From Chiloscyllium plagiosum (taxonomy: Eukaryota), in the NCBI RefSeq assembly GCF_004010195.1, contig NC_057752.1, positions 8,018,317-8,082,316 on the forward strand: a DNA stretch of 64,000 nt, in the 5' to 3' direction. A program made the translations under genes and the position numbers. The stretch's first letter is position 1; each line of letters opens with the position of its first letter. Positions 51,771-64,000 of the stretch are shown one piece after another. The notes beneath the pieces were generated by a model. It was not told the origin of the DNA. It was given only the letters and a program-made list of their open reading frames with translations, and made no database searches.

Positions 51771-51997
51771 AAAGAAAGTAGGGACTGCAGATGCTGGAGA
51801 TCAGAGTTGAAAAGTGTGGTCCTGGAAAAGCACAGCAGATTAGGCAGCATCCGAGGAGCAGGAGAGTCGACATTTCGGGCATAAGCCCTTCATCAGAATT
51901 GTGATGAAGGAATTCCTGATGAAGTGCTTATGCCTGAAACGTCGACTCTCCTGCTCCTCGGATGCTGCCTGACCTGCTGTGCTTTTCCAGCACTACG
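51771..51997. mobile_element. Palindromic PLE family A insertion with HHR cores on both strands
   Basis: - strand core 51868-51899, + strand core 51912-51948; imperfect flanking duplication ccatt..ccagtg. Confidence 0.85.
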
Positions 51998-52494
51998 CCA
52001 TTGCTCCAGTGTCATTCTGGTACTTTGCCCAAGTGATTATTCTTTTCTATATAATGCCTGGACAATGAGCATCTGTACTGAACAGAACGGGATAGCATTA
52101 TAACCAAACCCAATGTTTTCCCCACTCCACACAGGGAGGGTTTCTGGTTGATCTGCTCCTCCCCAACCCTGGACCCTGAACTCACTGTTGACACTCTGCG
52201 TAAGATCAGCTTCATCCAGCATAGATATGGAATCAAACTCTTAAATGTTCCTTGCTATTACCAGCAGGCACCCAAGCAGCCAAAACAACACTAGTTTGAA
52301 GTATAAATACTGTTATTGCTGGTGCTGAAATGCATGCTTTAATTGTGAAAATTCATTAAGTTGCAAATCACAAAACAACATTTTTAATTTAATACATTAT
52401 AATTAAAACAAAATAATTAATTTAATAATTTAATGTACCTGAGCAGCAAGCAAGTGCAGCACACCCAAAATGTAGTCTTACCTGCAACGACCAT

Positions 52495-54570
52495 CAGTAT
52501 TTACTGTGGAAAAGGATTGAAAGATATAGACTGTAGGGAAATAGATGGTGACATCTTGCAAAACGTCCAGATTACAGAGAAGGGAGTGCTTGAAACGGGT
52601 AAAGGTGGATAAATCCCCAGGACCTGATCAGGTGTGCCCGAGAACTCTGTGGGAAGCAAGAGAAGTGATTGCTGGGCCTGTTGCTGAGATATTTGTATCA
52701 TCAATAGTCACAGGTGAGGTGCCGGAAGACTGGAGGTTGGCAAACGTGGTGCCACTGTTTAGGAAGGGTGGTAAGGACAAGCCAGGGAACTATAGACCAG
52801 TGAACCCGACCTCGGTGGTGGGCAAGTTGTTGGGGGGAATCCTGAGGGACAGGATGTACATGTATTTGGAAATGCAAGGACTGATTAGGGATAGTCAACA
52901 TGGCTTTGTGCATGGGAATCATGTCTCACAAACTTGACTGAGTTTTTTGAAGAAGTAACAAAGAGGACTGATGAGGGCAGAGCAGTAGATGTGATCTATA
53001 TGGGCTTCAGTAAGGCGTTCGACAAGGTTCCCCATGGGAGACTGGTTAGCAAGGTTAGATCTCATGGAATACAGGGAGAACTAGCCATTTGGATACAGAA
53101 GTTGCTCAAAGGTAGAAGACAGAGGGTGGTGGTGGAGGGTTGTTTTTCAGACTGGAGGCCTGTGATCCGGGGAGATCCACAAGGATCGGTGCTGGGTCCT
53201 CTACTTTTTTTCATTTACATAAATGATTTGGATGTGAGCATAAGAGGTACAGTTAGTAAGTTTGCAGATGACACAAAAATTGGAGGTGTCGTGGACAACG
53301 AAGAGGGTTACCTCAGATTACAACAGGATCTTGACCAGATGGGCCAATGGGCTGATGGAGTTTAATTCAGATAAATGTGAGGTGCTGCACTTTGAGAAAG
53401 CAAATCTTAGCAGGATTTATACACTTAATGGTAAGGTCCTTGGGAGTGTTGCTGAACAAAGAGACCTTGAAGTGCAGGTTTATAGCTCTTTGAAAGTGGA
53501 GTCGCAGGTAGATAGGATAGTGAAGAAGGCGTTTGGTATGCTTTCCTTTATTGGTCACAGTATTGAGTACAGGAGTTCAGAGGTCATGTTGCCGCTGTGC
53601 AGGACATTGGTTAGGCCACTGTTGGAGGGTGTAGGACCATTTGGCGCAGCTACTTTGGCGCGAGCGATTCGGCGCAGCTCTTATTTATTCCTTTTCAGGC
53701 TTACTTACAAGCATTCATGAAAGCAATAAAAAGAAAAATAATGTTTATCCCCTTCAGTAAAAATGATAAAAAGAAAATAAAAATTAAAGAAATAAGGCAA
53801 ATACAAAATTGTTGATGGCATTTTAACGGGTTTATTTTATTTTAATAATTTGTATATTAATATGTTTTATTTTAATATATTTTATTTTAATAATAGTAGT
53901 TTAATAACTACTACTGAATAACTACAAAACAGTTCTGCACCGAGATGGGTCACGCCAAACTGGCCGCATCGAATCGCTCGTGCCAAAGTGGCTGCGCCAA
54001 ATGGTCCCACTCCGACTGTTGGAATATTGTGTGCAATTTTGGTCTCCTTCCTATCGGAAAGATGTTGTGAAACTTGAAAGGGTTCAGAAAAGATTTACAA
54101 GGATGTTGCCAGAGTTGGAGGATTTGAGCTACAGGGAGAGGCTGAACAGGCTGGGGCTGTTTTCCCTGGAGCGTCGGAGGCTGAAGGGTGACCTTATAGA
54201 GGTTTACAAAATTATGAGGGGCATGGATAGGATAAATAGACAAAGTCTTTTCCCTGGGGTCAGGGAGTCCAGAACTAGAGGGCATAGGTTTAGGGTGAGA
54301 CGGGAAAGATATAAAAGAGACCTAAGGGGCAACTTTTTCACAAAGAGGGTGGTACATGTATGGAATGAGCTGCCAGAGGAAGTGGTGGAGGTTGGTACAA
54401 TTACAACATTTAAAAGGCATTTGGATGGGTATATGAATACGAAGGGTTTGGAGGGATATGGATCGGGTGCTGACAGGTAGGACTAGATTGGGTTGGGATA
54501 TCTGGTCAGCATGGATGGGTTGGACCGAAGGGTCTGTTTCCATGCTGTACATCTCTGACTCGATGACTCT
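52495..54570 (+). mobile_element. Young 5'-truncated CR1 (HER1-like) LINE
   Basis: KSPGPD, NYRPVN, SQHGF, FSKAFDKVPH, PQGSVLGPLLF, FADDTK, LLEYCVQFWSP. Confidence 0.95.
53627..54014. mobile_element. Non-autonomous TIR element (MITE), Mutator/MULE-like, 9-bp TSD
   Basis: ~50-bp GC-rich imperfect TIRs, AT-rich core, actgttgga at 53618-53626 and 54015-54023. Confidence 0.85.
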
Positions 54571-56029
54571 GTGATCACTGCAAGTCACTTAATTCCCCAC
54601 AAATGTTAGGACTGCCTCTGGCAGCACCCAGTACCATGGAAGCCTGTTGATATTTAAGCCAGAATCAGGCAGTCAGAGGCCTCCAGTGCCAACCCAGGTT
54701 TTAGAACTCCTTGCTTCATGTGTTCTCTGTCTCATCTGACTGGAAAGGACAGAGCATAAGCCAATGCCCACTTCTTCCCCCATACTCTATCCCTGGTCTC
54801 ACTACTATGACAGTTGTCAAGCTTTGTCCCATGCCCCATGCCCCATGATCATACACCCCCACCCCCGAAGAAACTCCTGGAAAAGCAACATAAAGGCAGA
54901 GATCCAGCATCTCAAGTCTCTATCCCTATTTCCTCTGCTTTATCACTAGGAAACAAAGCATGTGAAACGCAGCCCTATTCCTTTCTACCCTTCCTGTTCT
55001 CTGACTTGCAGTATTGCATTTTTCTTCCCAACACTGTCACACATAATTATTTTTCTTTATTTCCCTACTCACCATTGATTCTCTCCCTTTCTGTTTTGAT
55101 GTTAGAAGTGTAATCTTGCTAAAATTTCATAGTAATGTCCCTGCCTCTTTTGAAAATTCTGTGAAAAACTACATTGTATTAGACTTGCAAGTAACGACTC
55201 CAGGGTACATTTGCACCAAAAATGTTTCTGCACAGTACTAGAGTAGACTACACATTCCAGTCCAGTCACATGCTTAGTCTAATTTATTGCTGTGGCTAAA
55301 TGTTAACTTTTAACTTTTATTTCACCCTCATATTTCAATACCACAACCCATTCAATACAGATCATCACAAGGTGTGACTTTTTAAAGAGTGCTCATATTC
55401 TTCATTAAACAACTTGCAACAATAACTGAAACTGGTCTTTAAAAATGCATGGTCTTGCAAAACAAAAAGAATCACTGCAACTGTACTGTGGGGGTTAAGT
55501 TCACAAAAATCCCCATGGCACCATGTTTCTAAATCTCAGTAAAACCTGAGGCAGTTTTGATCTAAACGAATAAGTTGTTCTATTCAAAGCTAAATGTATT
55601 TGATGACTGTTCAATTGACTGTAATGAACGTTGATACTGCTCAAAATAGAGTTATCAAAGGGATACTGATACCGTAACAATGTTCGAAAAGCTGTGGTTT
55701 TAAGCCTTGATTTCTGCTGCATTGTGTGGCTTAGAGGAAATTTCAAAAAGATAAAGTCATCGATGCTCCATGCCAGGTTCTGCAACTGCTCTTTTGATTT
55801 AAAATTTTCATGTTATCCTTGATGTCAGCTATACCAGCTAAGACCTGACTGTGCCAACCAGCCTATGGCTACTACTTCCCAGGTTGTTCTGCAGAACATA
55901 AGGATTGCTTTCATTGACCATCAATTGTACATACTATTAAGCACATTGGCAAGTTAGTATTCATTTAGATGACACAATCCAACCATTGAAGCTATGCCTT
56001 CATCACTGTAAGCTGCATGCTGCTTATGT

Positions 56030-56770
56030 TTGCCATTTGGGAACTTTCATGTCTTGGCGCAACCAAGCCACAAAGTAATGGTCTTGGTTGATACTTTTGA
56101 GTTCTTCAGCTGACATCTGCGGACAGTCCATATCTCTCAGCTGTATAGAAGAATGGCAAGAACAATAGCTTGGTAAATCTTGATTTCTATCAATAGCTTC
56201 ATGGAATACTTTTTGAATACTCAAGCACTTTGTCTTCAAATGCAACATATGCCATTACATTGCAGCTCACGTACCGATTGTTATGATGCCAGTTGTGGCG
56301 ATGCTGCCAAGGAAGGTGAACTGCTGATCTGTTTTTGGCTTTGGCTTTGTGTTACCAGAAGCAGGGTGAAATATCACTCCAACTTTGTCAAAGTTGAAAG
56401 TAAAGCCTAGCAGCAGAAAGTACATTCCTACCTGCTATTTAAGTTTTCTGCAAGGAATTGAAAGTCGTGCTCTGCCTGAGCTAACAAAGAACAGCCATCG
56501 GCAGACACAAGTCTGTGAATGTTCTCATTACTGATCTTTGTTCCTGCCCACAGAATCAGTTTGAACAAAATGCTACTTGTTCTGAAGCTACTGCAGATAC
56601 AGGATGATCAACTAGCTGTGGTGCATTCCACAAAATGACAGCTCAAAAACTTTACAACCAACCTTGTTTCAGTCCACTGCTCATTTGGAAATCATTTGAT
56701 ATCATGATGCATGTTGGCATTGTTGAAGCACTTGGCAGTACATTTCAGATTTACCAGGGTATCCCATGAT
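56030..56770 (-). mobile_element. Old RTE LINE fragment
   Basis: - strand QFTFLGS, KIYQAIVLAILLYS*EIWT. Confidence 0.6.
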
Positions 56771-56887
56771 GCTCGCCTGTTCATGGTATTAGATATGTTT
56801 TTAGGTCAATTAAAATGGTTAACAAACCTCGATTCTACACAGTAGCATTCTGCCAAACTTTCTCCTGTACCCAGGCAATAGGGGGAG

Positions 56888-57118
56888 GGTCAGCAGGCTG
56901 TAGGCCCCGAGCAGAGCAGGGATGGTCAGTGAGGCTGGAGGTCTGAGTGAGGTTGGGATGGTCAGTGGGTTGGAGGCCCGAGTGAGGTTGGAATGGTTAG
57001 TGGACTGGAGACCCGAGTGAGGTTGGGATGGTCAGTGGGCTGGAGGCCTGAGTGAGGTTGGGATGGTCAGTGGGCTGGAGGCCCGAGTGAGGTTGGGAAG
57101 GTCAGTGGGCTGGAGGCG
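56888..57118. repeat. 35-bp minisatellite, about 6.5 copies
   Basis: Unit ggtcagtgggctggaggcccgagtgaggttgggat (starts at 57030, 57065, 57100). Confidence 0.9.
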
Positions 57119-57339
57119 ATGTGCTGGCAAGTGGGACTAGATTAGGTTGGGATATCTGGTCAGCATAGATGAGTTGGACTGACTGGTCTGGTGTACATCT
57201 CTATGACTCTATGGTGTATAATTCCCAGGATTATCCCTATACTCTTTCCTGAACAAGGGAATAATATTTTTCATAACCTCTATATTCTCCTCAATCATTC
57301 CATGTTGACCAACCCTCCCCCTCAGAGTCTGTCCTTCTT

Positions 57340-57836
57340 ACAGTCATAGAGGTGTACAGCATGGAAACAGACCCTTCGGTCCAACCCATCCATGCCGACC
57401 AGATATCCCAACCCAATCTAGTCCTACCTGTCAGCACCCGGCCCATATCCCTCCAAACCCTTCCTATTCATATACCCATCCAAATGCCTCTTAAATTTTG
57501 CAATTGTACCAGCCTCCATCACTTCCTCTGGCAGCTCATTCCACACATGTACCACCCTCTGTGTGAAAAAGTTGCCCCGTAGGTCTCTTTTATATCTTTC
57601 CCCTCTCACCCTAAACCTATGCCCTCTAGTTCTGGACTCCCCCACCCCAGGGAAAAGACTTTGTCTATTTATCCTATCCATGCCCCTCATAATTTTGTAA
57701 ACCTCTATAAGGTCAACCCTCAGCCTCCGACGCTCCAGGGAAAAAAGCCCCAGCCTGTTCAGCTTCTTCCTCTTGCTCAAATCCTCTAACCCTGGCAACA
57801 TCCTTGTAAATCTTTTCTGAACCCTTTCAAGTTTCA
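57340..57836 (-). mobile_element. CR1 (HER1-like) 3' end
   Basis: ORF 57424-57921(-) VKLERVQKRFTRMLPG... Confidence 0.9.
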
Positions 57837-58105
57837 CTGCACGGATCCAACCTGCGGAAGACATCCAAATTATCCAGATATCTGAAGCGCTCCCTCCTTC
57901 ACCAGTTCCTAAGCCATGCATTCAATTGTATTATTTTCCAATTTTTGGCCATACCAGCACATTGTACACACCATTGCACAGTTATTGATACAAATTTAAG
58001 GAAGTGTTGAACAAAAATGAAATACTGCAGGAACTTGACAACAATCAAGTTAAAATAGTCCTATGGAAGGTATATTGTAAAATCAATTGTGCTTTAAAAA
58101 GCTTT

Positions 58106-59496
58106 GTTAAAAAATCACACAACACCAGGTTATAGTCCAACAGGTTTATTTGTAAGCACTAGCTTTCGGAGTGGAGTGTAAGATCGTAAGACACAGAATT
58201 TATAGCAAAAGTTTACAGCGTGATATGCAACTGAAATGATATATTGAAAAAGACCTGGGTTGTTTGTTAAGTCTCTCATCTTCTGTTCGCAGCAAACAGC
58301 CCGACTTTCAGGACAATGCCATACAACCCTGTCACAGTGGACGCTGCAAGACATGTTACAGAGTTGACGTGGATACCACCACTACACATGCGGACAACAC
58401 CCGCCATGTACGCGGCAGGTACTCATGCGACTCGGCCAAAGTTGTCTATCTCATACGTTGCAGGCAAGGATGCCCCGAGGCATGGTTCATTGGTGAGACC
58501 AAGCAGACGCTACGGCAACAGATGAATGGACGCCGCACAACAATCACCACTGAGGAGTGTACCCTCCCAGATGGAGAACACTTCAGCGGTCCTGACATTC
58601 AACCTCAGACCTTCTGGTGACCATTCTCCAAGGCGGACTTCGGGACAAGCAACAACGCAAAGTGGCCAAGCAGAGGCTGATGGTCAAGTTCGGCAGCCAT
58701 GGGGATGGCTTCAACCAGGACCTTGGGGTCATTTCACACTACAGATGACCCCACTGCACTACACTCTCTCTCACACACACAAACACACCTACAGACCTTC
58801 TCTCATACGCTCACACATACACACCCTCTCACAGACTTATACCCCTTTACACACATACACATACACAGTTTGTGGGGTGCATTTGTACTTGCAGAATTAC
58901 ATTTTATTTTGCTCAAATGCATGAATCCAAATAAGATTCTGTAGAAATAGAATCAATCTGAACATTGGTGCACAGATAGAAAAACTTTAACCTCAACCTT
59001 CAATGGCACCTTCAAAGGTGCTGACATGGCACCTATTGTTAAAGTTCACTTGAGAATGTAACTTTAAAAAAAGTTCTGGGGTTTACATATGAAAGAACTG
59101 AAAACAATATTGGTGCACAGATAGAAAAACTTTAACCTCAACCTTCAATGCATTATCTGAGCTGACATGGCACCTATTGTTAAAGTTCACTTGAGAATGT
59201 AACTTTAAAAAAAGTTCTGGGGTTTACATATGAAAGAACTGAAAACAATATGGTCATTCCAAAAGATGAGAGGCTTAACAAACAATCCCGGTCTTTTTCA
59301 ATATATAATTCTAGTTACATCACACTGTAAACTTTTGCTATAAATTCTGTGTCTTACGATCTTATACTCCACAACCACCTGATGAAGGAGCAGTGCTCCG
59401 AAAGCTAGTGCTTCCAAAAAAACCTGTTGGACTGTAACCTAATGTTGCGTGATTTTTAATTTTGTACACCCCAGTCCAACACCGGCACCTCCAAAT
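58106..59496 (+). mobile_element. Penelope-like element (Neptune-type, family B): inverted 5' arm, Zn-finger linker + GIY-YIG, CA-rich UTR, HHR
   Basis: QPCHSGRCKTC...CDSAKVVYLIRC..C..WFIGET..LRQ.MNG; 58106-58281 is an inverted copy of 59263-59460. Confidence 0.9.
59376..59410 (+). ncRNA. Minimal hammerhead ribozyme motif
   Basis: CAC-CUGAUGA-A-GGAGC(agu)GCUCC-GAA-AGCU-A^GUG. Confidence 0.7.
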
Positions 59497-61685
59497 TAAA
59501 AGAAAACATAGGCTGTGAGGAAACAATTCAGTGAGATTCTTAAATACTAGTATTGGTTGTAGAGAATCTTCTGGTCAACATATAAACAGTATTGTTCGGA
59601 AACAAAGACAGCTTCTTTTGGTGTCTAGGATTGAACAAATGTTGATCAGTATTCTCAGTGAATTGATCGAACCAATGGGTGATGTTAATGGATTTTGAAC
59701 TTTAATTGCAGCCTTTACCTGATGTAAAATAAGTGTTTCATTTAAAATAAACTTCAGATAAAGGATGTAATTGAGGAAATATTTGTGTTTTGTGAACATA
59801 ATGTTCACTGAGCTGATGCATGTTGCTGCTTGAGAATAAAGCACTTCATTGTGGGCATCAGGCTGTGTCAGGTCAAATTCAGCGTTCTTTAGTAGCAGGT
59901 TCTGATATCATTTACATGATTACACTGTGGGGTGAATTTTATCCTTTAACAATAAAATGGAAAATAACTATATTTTACAATAAATTCCAGGAATGTGTGT
60001 TATGAGAATACAATTTGTTAATTTTAAGCAAAAACAGACTTGCTCCCATTTTCAATCCAGAGGAATTTCACCCTGTTCTCTTTAATATATATTCTTCACT
60101 GTAACCGCCCCACATATTTCATTGTTTCCAAACGAACATGTATTTTGGCTTTCTCACTTTTAGCAATTAATTTTATTTTCTTTCCTCCCCAAACATTGAC
60201 TGATAGTGTTGCGATCCTGACACCAGAAGGTACTGAAGGGTGGCTTGGGAATGACCACAGCTACTCCACAAAGTAATGTTCGCATCAAATGACTCCAGTT
60301 CAGGCACAAAATACAATGGGGGAACCAAATTGTGCCCTGACACAGTGGTAATACTTATTACCTTACACTAGTTCACTTTGTGTAATTTCTGCCTTCTAAC
60401 CAGTCTTCAAGATGTTTCCCCCTTATCTATTGAGAGCTGTCAAGTGTATTAGCATGATTGTTACTTCCTCATTTTAAGTGAGGCCATCCCTCTCTTTGCT
60501 GTTGTCTGAACATCAGCATTTAAAGAAAATCTACTCTCAAGCTTGTTAACACATAGGAACTTACCCTCTTTAACAACATCCAGACTGTATTTTATGACTA
60601 GCTTTGATTTTATCTTTTTTTCCCAAGATTCTTTAATAACCTGACTCTTGTCATCCACTTTCACTCACACTCTTCCCCAATGCACATGCCCGAAACATTT
60701 TCTTCAAATCACATCCTAGGTTGCTTTGTAACAGAAGTGTATCTTGTGATCTTTGCTCGTCAAATTGGTGACTGGAGTAAAATGAAAGTGGCTGACAACC
60801 TCAGCCAGCATTGTACACATATGTTCACGACTCTCTCACCTTCTGAGCTCCTTGTAAACATGATCAATGTATTTCCAAGAGTTAATCTGGCCTTTCATCT
60901 GCATTTTAAAACTGTTTCACCCAATTTAAGAAATCTGATACCTTCTATGCTTATTGTTTGTTAAGCATTCTGATTTGTTTATATATCTTATTAACAGTGA
61001 ATACTGACATTACCATTCACTGATAAAGGCTTGGCATAATGAATGGTTACTATAGGAAAGTGGAAAATGTACTTTTTCCAAATAATGAGATAATAGAATG
61101 TGAGAAACATAATATTGGAGAAAAACTCAAGCTCCAATTAAAAGTTATTTGGAGTTTTAAAATCCTTTTTTAAGACTTCTTGTTAAAACTGAGTCAATCT
61201 ATCACTTGTAGTTTTGATTTCCATACCCTATGTAATTAGATCTATGGAGAGGTATTGAATAATATTTGAACAATGTTAATTTTGACTATATTTCTATATA
61301 ACCCTTCATCCACCGAATCTCATCTGTTCCCCATCCTCTAGCGCATCTCTCCTTTCTACCAAGACAGCACACAGCAATTGATGCATAATGCAATCAAAAC
61401 GTTGTTAGTTTGAGAGGCTCTAGGTGGGATAAACTGCCAGCGGGTAAAGATTCATTTTACTTTATACAGAAGCAATGTATTGAAAATGACTGTGGAAGCA
61501 GCTTTTAAATTAGTTTCACTCAATTGCTGCAATCTGAAGCAATGCTTCATTATTTATATGACATTAACAGGATGTGATGCACTCAACATTGGCAAGACTA
61601 ACGTCAGAACATTGATACGTGTACATATATTTGCGAATACAAAAATTCTCAGACTGAAGGCAGAGAATGAAGTATATTAAACTGC

Positions 61686-63762
61686 ATTTATTTCAATGCA
61701 AGAGGCCCAACAGGGAAGGCGGATGAACTCAGGGCATGGTGAGGAACATGGGACTGAGATATCATAGCAATTACAGAAACATGGCTCAGGGATAGACAGG
61801 ACTCGCAGCTTAATGCTATAGGAAAGCTAGAAGGGGGGGGGCAAGAGAGAGGAGGGGGAGTGGCATTTTTGATGACGGGTAACATTACAGTTGTGCTTAG
61901 GGAGGATATTCCTGGGAATGCGTCCAGGGAAGAAGTTATTTGGATGGAACTGAGAAATAAGAAAGGGATGATCACCTGATTGGGATTGTACTATAGACCC
62001 CCAATAGTCAGTAGAAAATTGAGATACAGATAGCTGAGATGTCCTTACAAATTTGTAAGAATAATAGGGTGGCTATGGTTGGGGAAAGCCTTCAAAAATG
62101 ATATAATGAGAGTCCAGAGACAGTATATTCCTGCTAGGGTGAAAGGAAAGGCTGGTAGATGCAGGGAATGCTGCTTGACTAGAGACATTGGGGTTTTGGT
62201 CAAGAAGAAGAAGGAAGCATACATTAGGTATAGACAGGATAGATAGAGTGAATTCTCAGAAAGAGTAAAAAGGCAGTAGAAGTATATTTAAAATGGAAAT
62301 CAGGAGGGCAAAAAGGGGGCATGAGATAGCTTTGGCAAGTAGGGTTAAGGAGAATCCAAAGGGTTTTTACAAATATATTAAGGACAAAAGGGTAACTAGG
62401 AAGAAAATAGGGCCCCTCAAAGATCAGTAAGGCAGACTATGTGGGGAACCGCAGGAGATGGGAAAGATACTAAACGAGTATTTTGCATCAGTGTTTACTG
62501 TGGTGAAGGACATGGACGATACAGAATGTGAGGAAATAGATGGTGACATCTTGAAAAACATCCATATTACAGAGGAGGAAGTGCTGGATGTCTTGAAACG
62601 CATAAAAGTGGATAAATCCCCAGGACCTGATCAGGTGTATGCTAGAACTCTATGGGAAGCTAGGGAAGTGATTGCCGGGCCTCTTGCTGAGATATTTGTA
62701 TCATCTATAGTCACAAGTGAGATGCCAGAAGACTGAAGGTTGGCAAACGTGGTGCCATCATCACGATGGGTTTATATTATAGGCCTCCTAATATTCAGCG
62801 GCAGATTGTGGAAAGATGTAAAGACAACAGGATTGTAGCAGTGGGTGATTTTAGTTTCTCCAGTATTGACTGGGACTCCTTTAATGCCAGGACTTAGATG
62901 GGGCGGATGTGTTAGGTACATTCAGGAGGGTTTCTTGAAACAATATGTAGACAGCACAACTAGACAACAGGCCATACTGGACCTGGTAATGGGAAATGAG
63001 CCCGGCCAGGTGATCAAAATTTCAGCGGGGGAGCATTTTCGTAAAATGAACAAGGGCAGAACCTATGCAGTTAATGGGAGGGCCCTGGGTAGTGCTGTTG
63101 AACAGAGACCTAGGGGTTCAGGTACATAGTTCTTTGAAAGATGTATTGCAGGTAGGCAGGATGGTTAAGAAGGCATTTAGCACACTTGCTTTCATTGCTC
63201 CTTCCATTGAGTATAGGAATTGGGATGTTATCTTGAGGTTGTACGGGACATTGGTGAGGCCACTTTTGGAGTACTGCGTACAGTTTTGGTTACCCTGCTA
63301 TAGCCAGGATATTATTAAATTGGAGGGGTTTCAGAAAAGATTTACCAGGATGTTGCTGGCACTGGAGGGTTTGAGTTATAAGGAGAGGCTGAATAAGCTG
63401 GAACCTTTTTCACTGAAACATAGAAAGTTGAGGGGTGACTTTATAAAATCATGAGGGGCATAAATAAGGTGAATTTCAAATTCCTTTTCGGTAGGGTGGG
63501 GGAGTTCAAAACTAGGGGCCATATTTTTAAGATGTGAGGAGAAAGATTGAGAAAGGTCCTAAAGTATGTGTAATGAACTTCCAGGGGAAATGGTAAATGC
63601 AGGTACAGTTACAACATTTAAAAGACGTTTGGACAGGTAGGTTTAGAGGGATAAAGGCCAAACACAGGCAAGTGGGACTTGTTTGGTTTGGGAAACTTGG
63701 CCAGCATGGACAAGTTGGACTGAAAGGTCTGTTTCCATGCTGAATGCTGTATGACTCCATGA
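61686..63762 (+). mobile_element. Mosaic/deleted CR1 ORF2 fragments and 3' end
   Basis: APE (IIAITETW, GLYYRP), KSPGPD linker, second APE piece 62760-63040, C-terminus LVRPLLEYCVQFW; RT core absent. Confidence 0.85.
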
Positions 63763-64000
63763 CCCTCCTTGCAACAAAGTGCCTTTACTTAACATCTTCC
63801 CTTGACAATGATATGTTGGAACACAAATCCCATCTGTTCATGATGCAGTAAATTAGAGTTTTTCAAGGCACAAAAACCATCCAGGGTGATAAAACCGTAC
63901 AGAGATCAAAAGTATTCAATCAAAAGTGCATGCGCTGCACCCATTTTTTTTAATTTAAAAATTCAAGTTTGGTATATATGGTGTCTACAATGAGGGGGAA

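Noticed and set aside
52470..52500. Strong - strand donor cag/gtaag
   Set aside because: Upstream sequence is antisense CR1; no supportable exon
56888..57118. CRISPR-like 35-bp periodicity
   Set aside because: Contiguous tandem units with no unique spacers, no cas genes, eukaryotic context
60461..60964. Short ORFs in the repeat-poor 59.5-61.7 kb region
   Set aside because: No recognisable domain or splice structure; lengths consistent with chance
63870..63878. V(D)J RSS nonamer ACAAAAACC
   Set aside because: No CACAGTG heptamer at 12- or 23-bp spacing and no V/J segment nearby

Overview
Repeat-dense vertebrate genomic DNA. The HE1-type SINEs with HER1/CR1-type tails point to a cartilaginous fish (shark); this is an inference. 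I found no intact host protein-coding exon. Almost every ORF in the track is a decayed fragment, or an antisense read, of a transposable element. The elements include vertebrate CR1 LINEs, a second CR1-group LINE with a tRNA-like 5' head, L2, RTE, Rex1/Babar, Penelope-like elements (PLEs), Gypsy LTR retrotransposons and solo LTRs, HE1 and DeuSINE-like SINEs, and one TIR element with a 9-bp TSD. A 500-N scaffold gap lies at 14126-14625. Main observations: (1) PLE termini carry minimal hammerhead ribozyme (HHR) cores, and several short PLE insertions are fold-back palindromes whose junction sits at the ribozyme; (2) an apparently ORF1-less LINE has a Pol III/tRNA-like head, and a SINE is built from its two ends; (3) a Mutator-like MITE sits inside a young CR1; (4) a possible decayed envelope-like gene lies at about 3.5-4.65 kb; (5) two related LTRs differ by a hairpin-loop micro-inversion; (6) a perfect nested palindrome lies at 40.2 kb. 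Boundaries of old repeats are approximate because they were read by eye.
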